NCBI GenBank assembly: GCA_002104945.1
Contig: MCFH01000119.1
Location: forward strand, 1-38,069
DNA: 38,069 bases
Origin: Piromyces finnis finn
Taxonomy: Eukaryota > Fungi > Neocallimastigomycota
Direction: 5' to 3'
Made by a program: the position numbers and the translations under genes. This document shows positions 36,496 through 38,069 of this stretch, piece after piece. The notes below the pieces were generated by a model. The model was not told the origin of the DNA. It made no database searches and saw nothing but the letters and a program-made list of their open reading frames with translations. How positions within the stretch are numbered: position 1 is the stretch's first letter; the number at the start of each line of letters is the position of its first letter.

Positions 36496-37142
36496 TTAAG
36501 GGAAACAATCATCAAACTCAACCACGATAGTGAAACATCAGGTCATCTGGGTAATGATAAAACTTATGACCTGATAGCCAGAAACTACTACTGGCCCAAA
36601 ATGAAAGATGACGTTGCGGGTTATATTAAAGCTTGTACCATATGTTGTACTCAAAAGGACAACAGGCATAAGCCGTACGGTAGCGCTACTAGGGTAAAAG
36701 TTGCAGACTTACCTTGGCAATAATTAGAAATCGACTTCCTGACGGACCTATCTATCAAGGAACGAAGAAAACTAGGTAGTGATCCTTCAGAACCACTAGA
36801 AGTCACTCGTAGGAATTGTATCATGGTTTGTAGTAATAAGCTTACCAAGATGATACACTTGGGATTTAAGAGTATGCCTACTGCAAAAGAAACAGCATTA
36901 GTATACTTACAACATGTGTTCAAACTACATGGTTGTCCTAAATCAGTTACGACTGACCTTGGTGTTTAGTTCACCAGTAAGTTGTGGAAGAACTTTATTG
37001 GGCTCTTTGGCGTAGAAGTAAACCTTGCTACTACCAGTCATCATAAAACGGTTGGTCAGGTAGAACCCAATAACTCCAACGTTAGTATGTACCTGAGGTG
37101 CTTTGTGAAGACCTTTGATGACGACGAATGGTTGAAGTACTT

Positions 37143-37868
37143 ATACCAACTCTTGGAAGAGTAAGAGGCAAAATAGTTTTATTTTTAAGGATTGAATTTT
37201 TCTATAGAAAAGGTAATATTAATTTTTCTGATGTTGATCCCAATGAACCAACAAAAGAATCTGACAAAGAATATGTTCCAATAGGATTTTATAGAAATAT
37301 AGATGATAAAGGAAAATGTAATTCTTTCCCCATTTTTATTATTTTTGAATTTAATAATGAAGTTTGTAAAGTGGAAGAAAAGGAAAATTTCCGTTATCAA
37401 GATAATTACCAACTTACCCCAGATATAAAATGGTCGTTAGTTGAAAGTATACTATTAGAAAAAAGTGGATTTAATGATAAAAATAATGGTCTAACTCATA
37501 CAATGAATTTTATGAATACTGCCTTTTTAAATAATCTCCTTATATCAAGCGGTGCAAATTATATTAATACAAAATTATCAAATTTTCTTAATTTTCATGA
37601 AGTACCAAATGAATATGTTATACGAGCAGTATATAATTCAAATTTTGAAACTAAATCTTCGATTGTTAAATTTATGGATTATAATTTTGATTATGAAATC
37701 GATGAATTATTGGAAGGATTTGTACATGTCTATGATTTTTTTGCGATGTTTATGAAGATGTTAAAAATTTCGCGGAGGATGTTGGAGATTTTGTGAAGGA
37801 CAGCATTTCTTATATTATTGGAGGGTTGTTTAATTCGGATTCAACTGATCCCTCTTCCCTTCTACAGG
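37143..37868 (+). pseudogene. C-terminal half of a PI-PLC X-domain (PLC-like phosphodiesterase) gene embedded in the integrase
   Basis: IPTLGRVRGKIVLFLR, YQDNYQL..KW, NFMNT, GANYINTKLSNFL and FMDY follow the order of bacterial-type PI-PLC C-terminal motifs (PTLGxVRGKIV, QDxY, NF, A..IN..L, MDF). A 1-nt shift in the T-run at about 37736-37742 continues as CDVYEDVKNFAEDVGDFVKD. Recognised from memory of the family, not by search. Confidence 0.6.
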
Positions 37869-38069
37869 CTACAAGCCAGAAAATACGGACCCTTCAAGGT
37901 TATTGGAATTGATAAAAGCAAGCTTAACTACCGCCTGGACATTAGTAAATCACCTTTCCCTAACGTCTATCCTGTGTTTTACATTAGTGAGTTGGAACCA
38001 TACCACAATAAACCAAGAAGAACCAATACCGGTACCAGAAGACTACCAGAAAATTATCAAAAATCCTTA

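Larger units (their letters stand above)
35736..38069 (+). mobile_element. Decayed Ty3/gypsy LTR-retrotransposon pol (end of RNase H, integrase HHCC and core, GPF/SH3 module)
   Basis: FEIIYRPGKMNGRADILSR (35741 onward); HD..GHLG..KT...RNYYWP.M..DV..YI..C..C (36496 onward); core IDF...TTD...GQVE; LQARKYGPFKV...PVFYISELEPY (37869 onward). In-frame stops at 35864, 36721 and 36967. Interrupted by two inserts; runs off the end of the window. Confidence 0.9.

Noticed and set aside
36651-37755. ORFs 36651-36923, 37185-37412 and 37552-37755
   Set aside because: Shadow frames of the integrase and the PI-PLC-like insert.

Overview
Very AT-rich eukaryotic genomic DNA (GC visibly below about 20%) with GT-AG introns and the standard code. 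Gene content and composition point to an anaerobic gut fungus (Neocallimastigomycota); this is inference. The main structure is missed by the ORF track because it is split into tiny exons. It is a tandem cluster (positions 41-21884) of at least 7 loci encoding plant-type leucine-rich-repeat, single-pass, kinase-less receptor-like proteins. Their layout is signal peptide, Cys cap, n LRRs, stalk, TM, then an Asn-rich tail ending in an LPSY motif. Each LRR is its own phase-2 exon, usually 72 nt, and LRR number differs between copies (9, 6, 4). One copy is intact, one has a single stop, one has only 1-nt indels, and four are decayed remnants. Interleaved are an intact 11-exon M13 (neprilysin-like) secreted metallopeptidase and an intronless bacterial-type AAA-ATPase/PD-(D/E)XK pseudogene. 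Further right are an intronless multi-TM class-3/Atg15-like lipase broken only by homopolymer frameshifts, an ankyrin pseudogene, and a decayed Ty3/gypsy pol. The pol carries a nested solo LTR (5-bp TSD) and an embedded fragment of a PI-PLC-like gene. All exon coordinates were derived by hand; no database searches were run.
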